Below are positions 59,825 through 64,000 of a stretch of DNA of 64,000 nt, piece by piece. Under the pieces are notes generated by a model. It searched no databases and had not been told where the DNA came from. It was given only the letters and a program-made list of their open reading frames with translations. A program made the translations under genes and the position numbers. The first letter of the stretch is position 1. Each line of letters starts with the position of its first letter. Source of the DNA: the human T2T-CHM13v2.0 reference genome, Homo sapiens; assembly GCF_009914755.1 (NCBI RefSeq), contig NC_060926.1; one strand, 5' to 3'.

Positions 59825-60251
<427 letters not shown>

Positions 60252-60766
60252 TCATGGTATCGCTCACGTGGGGAGTCCAGTTTCTCGACCCCTTCTCCTC
60301 CCCGGGCGCCTTTGTGCTGTGTCTCGTTCTGCACACCTTTGCTCCAGGGTGTGCCCCAGAAGCAGAACTGCGGGTTGTAAGGTACGCACATCTTCTCCTT
60401 TACAGACTGTTTTCCACATTGGTCACGCTGCTTGTAACTTTAGGGCTAAGAGAAGCCAAAAGACTCTCTGAGTTTGCAGATAAAAATGGGGAAGCCAGGT
60501 TAGACCCCAGGCCGGCTCCACGGCCAAGCACGCTCCCCCACTGAACCGGCTCAACTGCCCACCCGACAAAGTACAATGGCTGCCAGGATGTGCAGGTCGT
60601 GGCCACGTGCTCTTATATTTCATTTATTTTTATTTTTATTTTGTATTTTTTGAGATGGGGGTCCTGCTATGTTGCCCAGGTTGGTCTCAAACTCCTGGGA
60701 TCAAGTGATCCTCCCACCTCAGCCTCCCAAAGTGCTAGCATTACAGGCATGAGCCACGGTGCCTAG

Positions 60767-61095
<329 letters not shown>

Positions 61096-61346
61096 TGATT
61101 TACAAATATCCCATGAGGTAGATACTGCTGCCATTGGCACTTTTTCCATGCAGAAGAAGAAACTGAGGCACGAAGAGTGAAGTAACTTGCCATGGCCACA
61201 CAAGAGTTAGGATTTGAACCCAGGCAGTTCAGTAGCAGCCACTGTGTTCTCAGGTACCATGGCAGGGCTCCCAGCTAAGTAGAAAACACTGTAAGCCTCA
61301 AGTCATGCCCTTGAGACCACATCCTAGTTGGGGAACCACAAACTAG

Positions 61347-61900
61347 TCATTCATTCATTCATCCATCCATCCATCCATCTGTCCATCCATCCATCCCGCA
61401 CCAACCATGGGCCAGGCTAAGTGTTAGGAATACAGAGGTAAAGGACACAGGCCCAGTTCTTAGCCACAGAGATGACTAAGATGACAAATAATTGCACAAA
61501 TAGATACAAAATGCGTAACAAGTTTAGGGAGGAAAAACAAAAGGTCTAATTTAGAATATTCTCCAAAAAAGGAAGGGGGCCTGGCACTTAAGCTGGGACC
61601 TGAAGGATCTGTGAAGTTAGCCAGAGGAGTGCTTGAGCAGGTGAGTGCATGCGTGCATGTGTGCAGGTGTGTGTGTAGACAGGGGGCCAGGCACAGCCAA
61701 CAGCAATGCAAAGGCCCCGAGGCCAGGAGGCAGTGCCTGGGGCACAGCGGCACAAGATGGGGTGGTGGAGAAGGCAGGGGCCAGGTGGCGAGCCCTGTAG
61801 GCCATGTTCGAGATTTTGGAATTTTATCCCAGAGAGTGTGTATGGCAGTGACGGGTAGGAGGTAGGCATTGCAAGGTTTGACATGAAATAATGATACATC
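61347..61900 (-). mobile_element. L2 fragment with (TTCA/TCCA)n end
   Basis: tcattcattcattcatccatccat..., followed by ttaagctgggacctgaaggat and gcaatgcaaaggccccgagg. Confidence 0.65.
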
Positions 61901-62209
61901 AGAGGAACATTTTTTTTTTAACAGCATGGGCCTGTAATCCCAGCACTCTGGGAGGCAGAGGCAGGAGCATCGCTTGAGGCCAGGAGTTCAAGAGACTGAG
62001 GCAGGAGGAATGCTCGAATCCAGGAGGCTGAGGTTTCAGTGAGCCGCGATGGCGCCACTGCACTCCAGCCTGGACAACAGAGTGAGACCCTGTCTCTAAA
62101 AAATAAAAAAACGGAGGCTGGGCGCGGTGGCTCACGCCTGTGATCCCAGCACCTTGGGAGGCTGGGGCAGGCAGATCACGAGGTCAGGAGATTGAGACCA
62201 TCCTGGCTA

Positions 62210-62656
<447 letters not shown>

Positions 62657-64000
62657 CTAGAGAGCAGCGAGCAGTGGGAGACGGGCAGGGAAGCCAGGCC
62701 TGGCAGCACTAGGTTTGAGGAGCCCAGGGACAGCGTGGAGGAGGCTCCTGGCAGACGTTGGGGGTGAGGGGTGAACGGGAGGGGATGCTGGCCCCGTCCT
62801 GTCCCCAGCCCCATCATCCTCCCAGGTGGGAAAGCCGCCTGGAAGCCCACGGTTGTCGTGTGAATCTTTCGCGTGGACTGGGGGGTGATAGGGCAGAGAC
62901 TTTACATCGGTCGTTCATTTGTCCAGAACTTTGTTGAGCGTCATGTGTCAGAAACGGGGGCGGGGACCTCCATGATAGTAATAATACAGGAATTATGATG
63001 GCTGACATTTGCTGAGGCTTCCGGAAGGGTGTCAGAGACTTTAACAGTGTGCTAATCCTCACACCCTCACACACACACCCCAGCCCTGCCTCCCCAATTC
63101 CCATCTCCTAGGATTTTACAGAGGAAGAAACTGAGGTCTTCGTAAGCTGGAGTCATCTGGCTATTAAGTCACAGGCTTCAAAACACTCAGGATTGGATTC
63201 AAGCCCCAGATTCCAGCACCCAGGCGGGCCTTTCCCCAACCAGGCCCACTGAGCAGTTGCCCGGGAGTACTGCGGAAATGTTTACCACGAGCTTGGTGTC
63301 AAACAGCTGGGCGGGCCTGCCTGTGACCACGGCCCACCTGAACTTGCTAACAAGAGTCAGGCGGATGGAAAATGGAACAGAGGCTCAGGGAAGGGACAGA
63401 GTTACAAAGCAAAAGACTCCGGTTCAGTCCAGAGCTAGACTTCCTGGGTTTGAATCCCGGTTCTCTTACGAGAGAGACCTGTGACCCCAAGTGAGTTACT
63501 CAGAGTCTCTGTGCCACTGTTTCCCATGTGCAAAACGGGAATTATCAAAGGAACTGCCTCATGGGGCTGTTGTGAGGATTAAATCAGAAAGCTCAGCAAA
63601 GCATCAGAACAGAGTTTGGCAGGTGGTTTCTGTTTTGTCATTTTGAAACAGGGTCTCTGGCTGTCACTCAGGCTGGAGAGCAGTGGTGCAATCAAGGTTC
63701 ACTGCAGCCTCCACCTCCTGAGTAGCTGGGACTTCAGGTATTTGCCACTACACCCAGCTAATTTTTAAAACTTTTTGTAGAGAAGGGGGTCTCCCTCTGT
63801 TACCCACACTGGTCTTGAATTCCTAGGTTCAATAGATCTTCCTGCCTCAGCCTCCCATAGTGCTAGGATTACAGGCATGAGCCACGGCACCCGGCCAGCT
63901 TGGCAGTAGTAAGCACTCATAGGTCCCAGTTCTTGTTCCCACTGAAGAATGAGCAGGTGTCCAGGGGAAATGGCAGGACAGCAGACAGGAAAGCAGGAGA

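Overview
Human genomic DNA. The AluYb8 insertion indicates human, and the coding exons identify the TFCP2L1 (LBP-9/CRTR-1) locus, known to be on chr2q14. The left 14.5 kb holds the 5' end of TFCP2L1 on the minus strand: a CpG-island promoter, coding exon 1 (14347-14408), exon 2 (10419-10570) and part of intron 2; exon 3 is outside the window. The remaining ~49 kb upstream is almost all interspersed repeats: dozens of Alus, a long old L1 cluster (~34.6-43.6 kb), MaLR LTRs, a solo MER52 LTR, decayed ERVL pol, Tigger and MER DNA transposons, MIR/L2 and microsatellites. A processed RPS17 pseudogene sits inside the L1. I found no novel multi-gene system. The most notable structures are (1) a three-tier nested insertion of L1, RPS17 retrocopy and a short unidentified polyadenylated retrocopy, (2) a near-identical templated copy of an Alu tail plus 65 bp of unique flank 5.65 kb from its likely source, and (3) a triplicated palindromic 23-26 bp motif around 21.2-21.9 kb. 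Repeat subfamily calls come from recalled consensus sequences and their boundaries are approximate.
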